Assembly: GCA_045863395.1 (NCBI GenBank)
Contig: BTVJ01000018.1
Location: 32,001 to 96,000, forward strand
Length of the DNA stretch: 64,000 nt
Direction of reading: 5' to 3'
Source of the DNA: Myxococcales bacterium
GTDB lineage: Bacteria > Myxococcota_A > UBA9042 > JABWCM01 > BTVJ01
Shown here: piece by piece, positions 1 to 10,500 of the stretch
Numbering within the stretch: position 1 is the first letter of the stretch
How the letters are laid out: every line of letters begins with the position of its first letter
Position numbers and translations under genes: made by a program
Notes under the pieces: model-generated
Database searches by the model: none
Told to the model about the DNA's origin: nothing
What the model saw: the letters and a program-made list of their open reading frames with translations, nothing else

Positions 1-43
1 CCCGACGGTCGGCGACGTCCCCGCTGAGCAGGAGCCAGGCGCA

Positions 44-859
44 GTGAACTGTCCGAAGTGCGGCTTCGAGCAACCGGATCAGGCCGTGTGCCTGAGCTGC
101 GGCATCGTGTTTGCGAAGTACCGGCCCGACGCCCACCCGCCAGAAGCCCCCGCGCGCCCTGCCCACGACGTCTCCGCCCCGTCCGCCTTCGCGCAGCCCG
201 CTGGGCGCATCGGCCGCCTCCTCCGGCTTGGCGCGGCGCTGCTCTGCGCGATCAACGCCGCGATCATGTGGCTCAACGGCTCCGCGAAGGCCACGTTCGC
301 CATCTACGTCGCCCTGGTGTTCTTCGTCGTCGCATGCGCCCACCTGCTCCTGACCATCCGGCAGCGGGTCACCCTGCGCCAGCTCACCATCGAGCTGGCG
401 GTCGTCGCGGCGGTCTCCCTGGGCGCGAAGTTCTCGTACCCGCAGATCTTCGACCTGGACGAGCCCACCACCCAGGGCACACCCCCACCCCGAGTCCGTG
501 GCGAGTACGCAGCCTTCCTCGAGGCGACCCGCGCCTTCGACGCGACAGCGCGGGCGCTCGTGCTGGGCTCCCCCACGCTGGCCGACACATGGGCCGAGCA
601 GCGGTCCCGCCTGGACGGCCTGTCCGTCCGGGCCGCCTACGACGGGATCCCCACACGGGAGCGCGTCGCGGCCTACGAGGTCTCGGAGCTGGTCCGGCAG
701 GTGGCCGCGGAGCTCCAGCCCTTCTCCCCCGTGACGGCGAGCACCCCCCCGAGCCTGCCCGACGACGTCAAGGGGCGCATCGGCGGCCACCTGGCGACGC
801 TCCACGACGAGCGGCAGCGCCTGGAGCGGCTGGCGACCGAGGCAAGCGAGCCCGAGTAG
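44..859 (+). CDS. Zinc-ribbon domain membrane protein (N-terminal CxxC...CxxC, about 3-4 TM segments, helical C-terminus)
   Basis: Starts NCPKCGFEQ...CLSCG; hydrophobic stretches at aa ~62-130; GTG start with AGGAG upstream. Confidence 0.75.
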   Translation: MNCPKCGFEQPDQAVCLSCGIVFAKYRPDAHPPEAPARPAHDVSAPSAFAQPAGRIGRLLRLGAALLCAINAAIMWLNGSAKATFAIYVALVFFVVACAHLLLTIRQRVTLRQLTIELAVVAAVSLGAKFSYPQIFDLDEPTTQGTPPPRVRGEYAAFLEATRAFDATARALVLGSPTLADTWAEQRSRLDGLSVRAAYDGIPTRERVAAYEVSELVRQVAAELQPFSPVTASTPPSLPDDVKGRIGGHLATLHDERQRLERLATEASEPE

Positions 860-860
860 C

Positions 861-3800
861 TCAGTCGCAGAGCAGGTTTCGCAGCAGGGTGATCCCGAAC
901 TTCCCCGCGGTGACCAGGTCGACGCACCCGTCGCCATCCATGTCTCGCGCGTAGAGCCACTGGGGCTGGGGAGCGGAGTAGAGGGTGGTCGGGTTCTGCG
1001 CAAACTGGCGGTCCCCGATGCCGGCATACAAGTACACGGCGTTCTTGGGGGTGTCGGCGATGACGATGTCGAACAGGCCGTCCCCGTTGAAGTCCCCACC
1101 ATCGATCCCCGCGGCCTTCGACCCCGGGTAGTTGGAGTACGAGAAGGGCGTCTCGAAGGGCTGCTCTCCGACGGCGTGGCTCTTCCCGAAGGCCACCCGC
1201 ACGTCCTTCCCGACGGAGAGGACGTCCGAATAGAAGTCCTCGTCCGCGTTGACCTGCGCCACCGTAGCCGCCACCGGGTTCTGGGACACGACGGAGACCA
1301 GCCTCCCGTCCGACAGGATCCCCTTCTTCGCGTAGAGCACGGACACGTCGCTGATCAACGTGTTGAGCACGACGGCGTCCAGGTGCCCGTCCACGTCCAC
1401 GTCAGCGAGCATCAGGCGCACGGCCCCTGGATCCGCCTGCGCGGCGGCGTCGACGTAGGCCACCGAGTGCAGCTCGAAGGCGCCGTTCTTCAGAGACCGG
1501 TACACCTCCACGGACGCCGGCGTCGTCTCCTTGGCGGTCTTCACGAAGGGTTTGAGGGCCACGAGGTCGTCGACCCCGTCGCCGTCCATGTCACCGATGG
1601 CGATGTCGACCATCTTGCCGACCGCGGACCCGATGGGCTCCTTGTACACTGGTCCGGGCTGGGGCTCCTTGAGGAACACGTCCACGTGCACCGGGATGAT
1701 CTCCGGCGGGAGGCCGGTCGGCACGTTGGTCTGGTACGCCAGGATCAGGTCGGTTCGCCCGTCCCCGTTGAAGTCCCCCGAATCCATGTCCACGAACGGG
1801 CCCTTCTTGTAGCCCTTGGACTTCTCATCGACCACCCCCCATATGAGGGGGAAGCTGAACAGCCCCGGCGATCCCTGGGGCGCGACTCCGTCGGACGTGT
1901 AGACGAACATCAGGCCGGTGTCCATGACGGTGTGGGGCACCAGGGCGTCCAACCCCGGCATCCCGTCCGCCTCGGCCACGTGGAACACCTTGGGCACGAT
2001 GGGCTGGCACTTGTCGCCCGCGCAGTCCAGGGGCATGGGGAGGTTGGGAGCGCCCATGAAGGTCCCGTCCCCGTTGCCTGCGAGCAGCGTGACCTGCTTC
2101 ACCTTGGCGTTGAGCACGAGCAGGTCCAGCAGGTCGTCGTCGGTGAACTGCCCCGCCACGATGGACGACGGCTCCGGGCCGGCCACGTACCCCATCAAGG
2201 AGCCCGGCAGGGTGCTGCCGAGGAAGACCTGCAGGGAGTTGGCGCCTCCGTGAGCCACCGCGAAGTCGAGCTTGCCGTCGTCGTCGAAGTGCCCCGTCAC
2301 GATGGAGTTGGGCTTGCCTCCCGCGATGCCGAGGGGGGTCGTCTCGAAGTAGCCGTTGCCCTTGCCCGCGAGCAGGTAGAGCTGCCCGGACTTCTCGCTG
2401 GCCACCACCAGGTCGGGCCACGCCCCCCCACTGAAGTATCCCGTGGCCACGGCGACCGGATCCGCATCGACGACGGTGTCGTATGCCGCGACGAATCCGC
2501 CGCTGCCATCACCGAGGAACACGGACACCTTGGAGTCTCCCTGGGAGCCGACCACGACATCCGGGTGGCCGTCGCCGTCGAAGTCGGCCGCGTGGGGCGC
2601 GCGCGCCTTGGCGACACCTCCAAAGGACTTGGGGGTCGCGCTGAAGTAGGGGCGGTCTCCCTCGGTGACGTCCTCCCAGCGCGCAGGCTCGTTGCCGCGG
2701 AAGACGACGACCGTCTTGGCGTCCGTGGCCGTCACGGAGACCAGGTCGAGGCTGTCGTCCCCCGTGAGGTCCGTCGCCAGCAGCGCGGTCACCTTGAGCG
2801 CGTCGGGCATGAGCAGCACCTGCTGCCGCTCCGCCGTTCCGTCGTCGAGCTGGATCCACACCTCCACGGCGGGGGCCGGGGATGGGACCGCCAGGATGGC
2901 GTCCAGGTCTCCGTCGCCGTCGACGTCCACGAGCGCGGCCGCGTCCGCTCGTACCGAGATGAGGGGCTGCGCCGGCTCCAGGCGACCGTCTCCGACCGCG
3001 CGCATCAGCAGCGTCTCCGGCCCACCGATGACCAGCGCGTCGTCGAGGCCGTCGCCGTCCCAGTCCCCTCCGACGATCTGGGTGGGCGTCGACTTGGTCT
3101 CCATGTCCACCGAGCGCGCCTCCAAGAAGCGGAGCGGCATGACGACGAACACCTTGCGCGCCTCAGTCGCCGTGTTGCCCGCGGCGTCGCTGACCTCTAC
3201 TGTGACGAGCCCCTCGAAGGTCCCCTGGGCGATGTCGTGGAAGGTGAGGGACACGGTCGCCTCGCCCGCGGGTTCGCCGTAGCTTGCGGCCTCCTCCAGG
3301 TCCTCGTCCCCTCCGGTCAGGGTGGCCTTCACCGACGCGATGCCGCAGCCCTTGTCGCTTGCCGCGCCGCGCACGGCGAGGTCCCGCAGGATCACCTCCT
3401 GCCCGAGGGGGCGCTCCAAGGTCAGCTCGGGCGGCGTCAGGTCCACCATCCAGCTCCCGACGGCCTCCCCCTTCTGCCCGTCCTTCGCGGTGACACGCAC
3501 GCGAATGGCGAGTGGGCCCTCCGGCTGGCCCGCGGTGTCGACCGCGAGGGCGAAGAGGCCGCCCGTCGCCTTCGTGGCCGTTGCGACCACCGTGTCGCCG
3601 ATCATCGCCTCGACCAGCGCGATCCCAAGCTCGTGGGTAGCCTTCACCTTGAGGTCCACCGTGTCTCCGACGCAGCCCAGCAGCTCGGGCGCCTGGATGC
3701 TCACCTCGGGCCCTGGGATCGGCGCCGCCACGTCGTCCACCGTGCCGACGTCCTGCACGTCCTCGCCGGATGCCACGTCCTTCTTGCCCCCACCGCCGAT

Positions 3801-3950
3801 GGGCGCCGCGTTGCCGTCGTCGCCGCCACAGGCGGCCATGGCAACGAGGCTCACCCAAAGCGCGCACAGGGCCCAATGAAGCCCGGCCACGCTCGCCGAG
3901 GGCGTCCTCCACGCGCGCTGGACACCGCCCACTCGGGCCAAATCGGCCAT
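861..3950 (-). CDS. Large FG-GAP/VCBS-repeat (beta-propeller) lipoprotein with N-terminal Ig-like domains
   Basis: Many DxDGDGxxD / DFNGDGxxD repeats; lipobox-like MAAC; VDLTPP...DAAGN Ig-like motif; ATG at 3950 preceded by GGAGG. Confidence 0.85.
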   Translation of the reverse strand: MADLARVGGVQRAWRTPSASVAGLHWALCALWVSLVAMAACGGDDGNAAPIGGGGKKDVASGEDVQDVGTVDDVAAPIPGPEVSIQAPELLGCVGDTVDLKVKATHELGIALVEAMIGDTVVATATKATGGLFALAVDTAGQPEGPLAIRVRVTAKDGQKGEAVGSWMVDLTPPELTLERPLGQEVILRDLAVRGAASDKGCGIASVKATLTGGDEDLEEAASYGEPAGEATVSLTFHDIAQGTFEGLVTVEVSDAAGNTATEARKVFVVMPLRFLEARSVDMETKSTPTQIVGGDWDGDGLDDALVIGGPETLLMRAVGDGRLEPAQPLISVRADAAALVDVDGDGDLDAILAVPSPAPAVEVWIQLDDGTAERQQVLLMPDALKVTALLATDLTGDDSLDLVSVTATDAKTVVVFRGNEPARWEDVTEGDRPYFSATPKSFGGVAKARAPHAADFDGDGHPDVVVGSQGDSKVSVFLGDGSGGFVAAYDTVVDADPVAVATGYFSGGAWPDLVVASEKSGQLYLLAGKGNGYFETTPLGIAGGKPNSIVTGHFDDDGKLDFAVAHGGANSLQVFLGSTLPGSLMGYVAGPEPSSIVAGQFTDDDLLDLLVLNAKVKQVTLLAGNGDGTFMGAPNLPMPLDCAGDKCQPIVPKVFHVAEADGMPGLDALVPHTVMDTGLMFVYTSDGVAPQGSPGLFSFPLIWGVVDEKSKGYKKGPFVDMDSGDFNGDGRTDLILAYQTNVPTGLPPEIIPVHVDVFLKEPQPGPVYKEPIGSAVGKMVDIAIGDMDGDGVDDLVALKPFVKTAKETTPASVEVYRSLKNGAFELHSVAYVDAAAQADPGAVRLMLADVDVDGHLDAVVLNTLISDVSVLYAKKGILSDGRLVSVVSQNPVAATVAQVNADEDFYSDVLSVGKDVRVAFGKSHAVGEQPFETPFSYSNYPGSKAAGIDGGDFNGDGLFDIVIADTPKNAVYLYAGIGDRQFAQNPTTLYSAPQPQWLYARDMDGDGCVDLVTAGKFGITLLRNLLCD

Positions 3951-4006
3951 CGCCGCCTCCCATATCCTCGAATTCACAGTGGATTCACCTTGAGCGCAAG
4001 CAGGGG

Positions 4007-4035
4007 ATTATCCGGACCGGCAGCGCACAAGTCAA
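4007..4035 (-). promoter_or_regulatory. Putative sigma70 promoter for the FG-GAP gene
   Basis: TTGACT-N17-GATAAT on the minus strand. Confidence 0.55.
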
Positions 4036-4271
4036 CCGACGAGCCCTTCCCCGAGTGCTCGCTCCGGGCCGAGATCTCCCCCGGGACCGCCCGGGCCCTG
4101 CGACGAAGCGCCCGAGGTGCCGTGGCAGATCGACCACGCCCTGGATCGTCTCCGCAAACCGGGCTAGCCTGCGCGACGCAGTTGCGAGCCGCGTGGGCGC
4201 CCTCCTCGACGTGGCTGCGCACCGGCGCTAGACTGCCGCGTCGTCCCCATGAGCGAGGTCCGAGAGCTGAC

Positions 4272-4934
4272 ATGCACCGTGTTGAGTGGCGACTAGTGCA
4301 CCCGGTTCGCGAGGGCCACCGCGACCGGGTCGAGGAGCTGGGGGCGGAGCTCATGGAGCTCGACGCCTCACGCACGGCCGGTCTCGGCGACGACGAGCGA
4401 GCCTGGCTGATCGAGAGCGAGCTGGCGGCGCTGACCATCCCCCCCTGCGAGGCCACGGGGGCACCGCGGGTGGGCGACAGCCCGGACTGGGAGCGGCGCG
4501 CGCTGCTGGAGTTCCATGAGGACGATCCGCTGGACGAGCCCATGGACTTCGACGACTACGCAGAGCTCCGGCGCCTCGACTACGACTGCGCGCGGTGCCC
4601 CTACCGAACGCCCTACACGGCGTGGCCGCTCCGCCCGTGCGAGCTGGCGGCACACCCTCTGACGGACCTGGTGCCGGACGAGCGTACCGTCGAGCTGGCC
4701 CTGTCGGATCTGGAGCCCCCAGAGATGCTGGAGCTGGCCGGGTTGCTCGACGACCTCCGCCGCGAGGGCCGAGCCAGACCGACGTCCGAGGTGGACGCTG
4801 CGGACTTCCTGACGAAGGCATCGCTGTTCCTGCGCTTCTGGGCCACCCTCGGGTTCTCGGTCACGTCCCATGCCACCGAGGAGCCCCAGGCGGACGCGCC
4901 TGCGGGCGACGAAGACTACCGCCGGGGCTCCTGA
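4272..4934 (+). CDS. Hypothetical acidic protein with Cys cluster (C...CxxCPY...C)
   Basis: 3' part of ORF 1176..4934 from MHRVEWRL; protein-like composition, unlike the upstream shadow part of the ORF. Confidence 0.7.
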   Translation: MHRVEWRLVHPVREGHRDRVEELGAELMELDASRTAGLGDDERAWLIESELAALTIPPCEATGAPRVGDSPDWERRALLEFHEDDPLDEPMDFDDYAELRRLDYDCARCPYRTPYTAWPLRPCELAAHPLTDLVPDERTVELALSDLEPPEMLELAGLLDDLRREGRARPTSEVDAADFLTKASLFLRFWATLGFSVTSHATEEPQADAPAGDEDYRRGS

Positions 4935-4960
4935 CTCCCGCGCTACCACGGAGGATCTCG

Positions 4961-5617
4961 TTGAAGCTCTCGCTGCTCCTGTTCGCACTGCTGGTCGCCG
5001 CGCCCGCGCACGCCGACGTGGGCCGCGACGCCGCGCTGGACGCGGTCCGCGCGCTGGTCGAGGGCCCCGTCGCTGCCCGGTGGCAGGCCGGGAGCGCCGC
5101 TCCCCACCGCCTCAGCGGCTTCATCAGCCGCCCCTACGACGGGTCCCCGGCCGCCGTCGCCGCGGCCTTCCTTGGCGACCTGGCGCCGGTGTTCGGCTTC
5201 GATGCGCGGGAGCTCCGGGTCATCGGCCAGGAGACCATTGCCGGCGTGGCCGCGGTGCGACTGGAGCAGCGCGTCGACGGCGCCCCGGTGTTCGGGCGCA
5301 CCACGGTGGTGACCGTGGAGGCGGGACGGGCCACGTCGGTCACCGGCACCCCCGAGCCGATCCTCCTCGCGCCGCGGACCCGGGAGCTCTCTGGTCGCGA
5401 GGCCATCACAGCGGCGCTCGAGGCGATCGAGGTGGTAGAGCGCGACCTGGCGGCTCCCCCTGTGGCGAGCAGGGTCGTCATGGCCGCCGGGGCCGAGGGC
5501 CGCCTGGCGTGGCGAGTCTCCGCCGTGGTGGTGCCCCTCTCGGTGCACCTGACTGTGATCGTAGATGCCGAGACCGGCGCAGTGCTCCTGGTCGACAACG
5601 ACGTCCGGCACGGGTAG
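4961..5617 (+). CDS. Stand-alone secreted FTP/PepSY (M4/M36 protease propeptide-like) protein
   Basis: TTG start after GGAGG; signal peptide ...LLVAAPAHA; VRLEQRVDGAPVFG (FTP-like) and LAWRV...VIVDAETGAVL (PepSY-like). Confidence 0.75.
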   Translation: MKLSLLLFALLVAAPAHADVGRDAALDAVRALVEGPVAARWQAGSAAPHRLSGFISRPYDGSPAAVAAAFLGDLAPVFGFDARELRVIGQETIAGVAAVRLEQRVDGAPVFGRTTVVTVEAGRATSVTGTPEPILLAPRTRELSGREAITAALEAIEVVERDLAAPPVASRVVMAAGAEGRLAWRVSAVVVPLSVHLTVIVDAETGAVLLVDNDVRHG

Positions 5618-5626
5618 GAGGCCACG

Positions 5627-7414
5627 ATGAAGAGCGACCGCCTGAGACGCCTCCTGGCCTCCCTCGTCCTCGTGTCCGCCTGCGGGGACGATGCGACGAA
5701 CGCCGGCGACACGACGCCGCTGGCAGACACGACGAGCCTGGCTGAGCCCGACACGTCCGCCGCCGTGGACACGGCGACGAGCGAGGACAGCGCCACCGAG
5801 GGCTCACCAGACTCCGCAACACCGGACGACGCCGCCCCCGACGCGCTGGACGAACCAGACACGGGGGAGCCCGCCGGTCCGACGCCGCCCCTCGCCCGGG
5901 TCTACGCCAACAACCCCTTGGACGGCTCCCTCATCGAGGTGGAGCTGCCTCACATCCAGTCCCACGACGGCAAGCTGACCGGCGCCTTTGCGCGGGTATG
6001 GAACTGCACGCAGGCACCCGGCGGCAAGAAGGTCAACTACCAGGGCGTGACGCTGACGCTGTGCAACCAGGAGCAGACCGCCCTCCGAGGCGACGACGGA
6101 ACCTGGCTGCACGTGGACCCGCCGGCGTCTGACAAGGACGGCAACGACGCCTTCGCCGAGCTCATGATGTACTGGCACGTCAACCACATCCACGACTGGT
6201 TCAAGGACTCCTTCGGGATGTCCTCGCTGGACTTCTCCATGGATGCGCTGGTCAACGTGCAGTTCAGCATCTACGGCGGGTGGCTGCCCTTCGACAACGC
6301 GGCGTTCATCCCCAAGGAGTCCCTGGCCCAGCTCGGCCTTCCGCTGGACCTGAACGGCGACTCCATCATCTTCGGGCAGGGGACCAACGTGGACTTCAGC
6401 TACGAGGCCGACGTGATCTACCACGAGTACACCCACGCCATGATCGGCACGACCCGCCTCATGGGGGTGACCCTCGACGCCTACGGCCCGACCAACCTCC
6501 CCTCGGCGATGAACGAGGGCTTCGCGGACTACTTCGCGGCGACCCTCGCCGACGACCCCCTGATGGGCGCCTATGCGCTGAGCAACGTCTCCAGCATCTT
6601 CACCTCCGCCCCCCCCATGGACCTGAGCCGCGACCTGAGCGTGATGAAGCGGTGCCCCGACGATCTCACGACCGAGTTCCACGCGGACGGAGAGATCGTC
6701 GGCAGCGCCATGTGGTCCATCAGAGCTCAGCTCGGGCCCGCCGCAGCAGACGCAATCATCCTGAAGGCCATCCAGACCTTCACCAACGCGACGACCATCG
6801 ATGGCGCGTCCGAGGCGATCATCGAGGAGGCGGGCAAGCTCGATCCACCCCGTGACGCCGAGGTGGAGCAGATCCTCCGTGACCATGGCATGCTGGGCTG
6901 CAACCGGGTGATGCCGTACAAAGCGTTCCTCGCGACGGGCGGGGACTCCCTCCCGCTGGAGATCCCCGGCACGTCCACCACCGGGCTCCCGCAGTTCTTC
7001 AAGTGGGTGCCTGGGTTCGTCCAGTGGCGGTACACGCAGCCCACGGGCAAGGCAGGTTTCTCGATCATGCTGAAGATCGCCGCGGGCGGGGTCGGGGGCT
7101 TTGGTGGTGGGTCGCTGCCAACGCTATCGCTCCTCGCCAAGCGTGGCGGACAGCCGATCACGTATGCCTACGCGGGCGCGACGACGACCCACGACGCTGA
7201 GGTGGAGATCCCCCTCGTCCAGGGGAAGAGCGACGCCCAGGGGCTCACACCGTACACGGCCACCGTCTTCGGTGACTGCGTGGCCGAGGGCGACGTGGTT
7301 CTGCAGATCAAGAACACCAGCAAGACAGGGGGCCAGATCTACGCCCTCCAGATCTCGGCGCTCACCGAGGCGCCCGACGGGGACCCCACCTTCGGCGGCT
7401 GCGGCGGTCCGTAG
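5627..7414 (+). CDS. M4/M36 (thermolysin/fungalysin-like) zinc metallopeptidase lipoprotein lacking a propeptide
   Basis: Lipobox LVSAC; DNAAF, DVIYHEYTH (HExxH), AMNEGFADYF, HADGEI motifs; GGAGG RBS. Confidence 0.85.
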   Translation: MKSDRLRRLLASLVLVSACGDDATNAGDTTPLADTTSLAEPDTSAAVDTATSEDSATEGSPDSATPDDAAPDALDEPDTGEPAGPTPPLARVYANNPLDGSLIEVELPHIQSHDGKLTGAFARVWNCTQAPGGKKVNYQGVTLTLCNQEQTALRGDDGTWLHVDPPASDKDGNDAFAELMMYWHVNHIHDWFKDSFGMSSLDFSMDALVNVQFSIYGGWLPFDNAAFIPKESLAQLGLPLDLNGDSIIFGQGTNVDFSYEADVIYHEYTHAMIGTTRLMGVTLDAYGPTNLPSAMNEGFADYFAATLADDPLMGAYALSNVSSIFTSAPPMDLSRDLSVMKRCPDDLTTEFHADGEIVGSAMWSIRAQLGPAAADAIILKAIQTFTNATTIDGASEAIIEEAGKLDPPRDAEVEQILRDHGMLGCNRVMPYKAFLATGGDSLPLEIPGTSTTGLPQFFKWVPGFVQWRYTQPTGKAGFSIMLKIAAGGVGGFGGGSLPTLSLLAKRGGQPITYAYAGATTTHDAEVEIPLVQGKSDAQGLTPYTATVFGDCVAEGDVVLQIKNTSKTGGQIYALQISALTEAPDGDPTFGGCGGP

Positions 7415-7552
7415 GCCCTCCCCGGCAGGGTCGCCGGACCCTCCCCCAACCTCGCTCTTCAACTCCGGAACGTTTGCGTGCTACGCTGGCCGGACCAGCG
7501 CATGGTCTGAACGCACCGGAGCGGTCTGCCGCTCCGCTCGGGAGGTGTTTCC

Positions 7553-10500
7553 ATGGCACGCTCGCAACTCGTGGGGGCCCTCGGGGTGCTCCTCATGCTG
7601 CCGGGGGTACCGGCAACTGCCGTCCCCACCTCGGTCCTTGTCCAGGGGGTGCTGCGCTCCGAGGCCGGCGCGCCGGTGAGCGGCAGCTTCGCCTCCGTGG
7701 TTCGGATCTTCGACCAGGCCAACGGTGGGGCGCCCCTCTATGAGCAGCCTGCCACCCTCCAGGCCGACGGAGGCGTGTTCGACGTCACGCTGGGGCCACT
7801 GCCACTCGCGGCCGTGGACGGCGCCGAGCGGTGGCTGGAGGTGACCGTCGGGGGCCAGCCACCCCTGCCGCGCCAGCCCCTGCTCGCCGTGCCCTATGCC
7901 ATCCTGGCGGACCGAGCCACCCTAGCGAGCGGGGTCCAGTGCTCCGGGTGCGTCGGGGGGAGCGCCATCGGGGCCGGCGCCGTGGACGCCTCCCACATCA
8001 AGGCCGCGGCGGTGGGCGCGGACGCGGTCTCCTTCCCGTATGCCGGCAGCGCCACCAAGGGAGGCGCCGCCGCCGACCTGGCTTGCTCCGGGTGTGTGGG
8101 GGCGGGCGAGGTCTCCTTCGGTTACGCCGCCAGCGCCACGCCCGGTGGGCCGGCGACGGGGCTCGCCTGCTCGGGCTGCGTCGGCCCTGCCGCGCTGGCT
8201 GCCGCCGTGGACGACCGCTACGTCAACGCGACGGGTGATTCCATGACAGGCGCCCTCCACGTGGCGACACCGGGCCCTTATTCGGGCCCGCAGCTCCGAG
8301 TGGGGCCGGAGTCCGGCCACGCGCACCTGACCGTCGACCGGCCAGCGGCCGACGTCGAGGCCCGCCTCACCTTCCGCACGGCCACCACCACCCTCTGGCA
8401 GCAGTTCGTCGATGACGGCACCTCGGGTGGGTGTGACCAGACGTCCCTCCGGTGGCGCCCGGGCGGCTGGTCCGGCGGAGACTGCGCGCCCGCCATGCGC
8501 CTGACGGCCGGCGGAGACCTGACCGTGGCAGGAGGCCTCGCGACTGCGTCCCTGGCCGTGTCCGGCGCGTCTTCCTTGTCAGGGCCCGTGACGGTGTCGC
8601 CGCCGGGCGCATGGGCGGGACCGCAGGTGCGCGTCTCGCCGATTGCCTCCCACGCCTGGCTGGACGTCAACCGCCCCGCCGCCGACCAGGAGGCCGGCGT
8701 GTCCCTGAGCACCGGCGGCTCAGCCTCCTGGTACACGTTCGTGGACAACGCCAGCACCGGAGGCTGCGACACGACCTCGCTCCGCTGGCGCCCAGGCTCC
8801 TGGTCCGGCGGGGACTGCGCGCCGGCCATGAAGCTCAGCACGGGAGGCGACCTGACGGTGGCGGGCAAGGTCGGCGCCGGGGGCGACGTCACCATCGCCG
8901 GCTCGCTGATCGGCGACAGGACCGTCACCGTGACCACGGGGGGGACGTCTCTCCCGGCGGGCGTCCGCGCCTACCTGCCCCTCGACGGGAGCCTGGTCGA
9001 CGTCTCGGGCACGACGGACGTGACCGGCAGCCAGGTCACCTTCACGCCGGCGAAGCGCAACAACGGCGCGCAGCTCTCCGGCGGAACGACCACGCAGTGG
9101 ATCCGCCTCGCTCCGAGCGTCTTCACGGGCAACACCTTCAGCATCGCCATGTGGATCCGGCCCACATCGTCGGGCAGATACGTCGTCAGCCGCTCCGGGT
9201 CTGCCGGAGACAACGCCATCACGCTTGGGCTGAGCGAGGTCCTGATCCAGCAGTCGGGAGTCTCGATCCCTTCGCCCCCTCTCAATCAGTGGACCCACTA
9301 CGCCGTGACCTACAACGGGAGCATCGCGCGCATCTACTTCAACGGGTCCGAGGTCGCCACCTACACCGTGTCCGTGTCCAGCTTCGCCTTCACCTCCGAC
9401 CTGTGGCTCGGCCAGGAGCAGGACTGCGCCAACGGCTGCCTCGACGCGGGCCAGGCCTACTCCGGCCTCATGGACGAGGTGGTGGTCTACGCCCGAGCGC
9501 TGTCGCCGGCGGAGGTTCAGACGGTGCGTGACGTGACCGCCGCCGTGGGGTCCGGGTCCACGTCCAGCGACATCCAGGCCCTCGACATCCCGACGGCCGT
9601 CCGCATCGGGGGCGACGTGGTGGGGGCCAAGCCGGTCCCGCTGACCCAGACGACGCCACTACCGACGAGCGGCATCGTCGCCCATGTCCCCTTCGAGGGC
9701 TCTGCGACCGACGTCTCGGGCAAGGGCACCTCTGTGGTAGGCACCTCACTGTCCTACACATCCGGCTACAAGGGTCAGGCCGCCTCCTTCCCCGGCGGAA
9801 ACACGACGAGCGCAGTCCGCGTGGCCACCGGGGCGCTGCCTGGGTCCACGTTCACCGTAGCGTTCTGGCTGAGGCCCACGGCCAACGGCAAGTACGTCCT
9901 GTCCCGGACGGACGGATCCAACGACAATGGGCTGCTCATCGGCGTCGCTGGTGACGTGTGCGCAAAGACGAGCTGCCCGGCGCTGTCGGCGCTGCCCCTC
10001 AACACGTGGACCCACGTCGCGGTCACGAGCGACGGCTCGACGGCGCACTTCTACACCAACGGCGCCACGTGGGGCACCACATCCATCTCGGGCTCGTTCT
10101 CCTGGACGTCGGACCTCTGGATCGGCCAGGAGCAGGACTGCGCCAACGGCTGTCTGGATGCAAGCCAGGCCTATGCAGGCCTCGTCGACGAGCTGGTGGT
10201 CTATGATCGGGCCCTGTCGCCCGCCGAGATTGCGACGGTGATCTCCGTGGGCGGTGGCGTCCAGGAGTCGACCACCGTCGACGTGCTCAACGTGATCACG
10301 CCGGTGAACGCCGCCGCGTACTACGTGGGCGGCGCGTGCCCCGGCGGGGCACTGTGCGACGTCGCGGAGCGCTTCCTCGTGGGGGACGGGGTCGTTCTCC
10401 CGGGGGACGTGGTCGCGGTCGACGAGCTCCGGGACGCCTCAGTGCGCCTGAGTCGGCGACCCTATGAGAGCTCGGTCATGGGGGTGGTGTCGGGCGCCCC

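Noticed and set aside
5600..5640. Frameshift or nonsense pseudogene explaining the split protease
   Set aside because: The second gene has its own GGAGG RBS, ATG and lipoprotein signal peptide, consistent with two genuine genes
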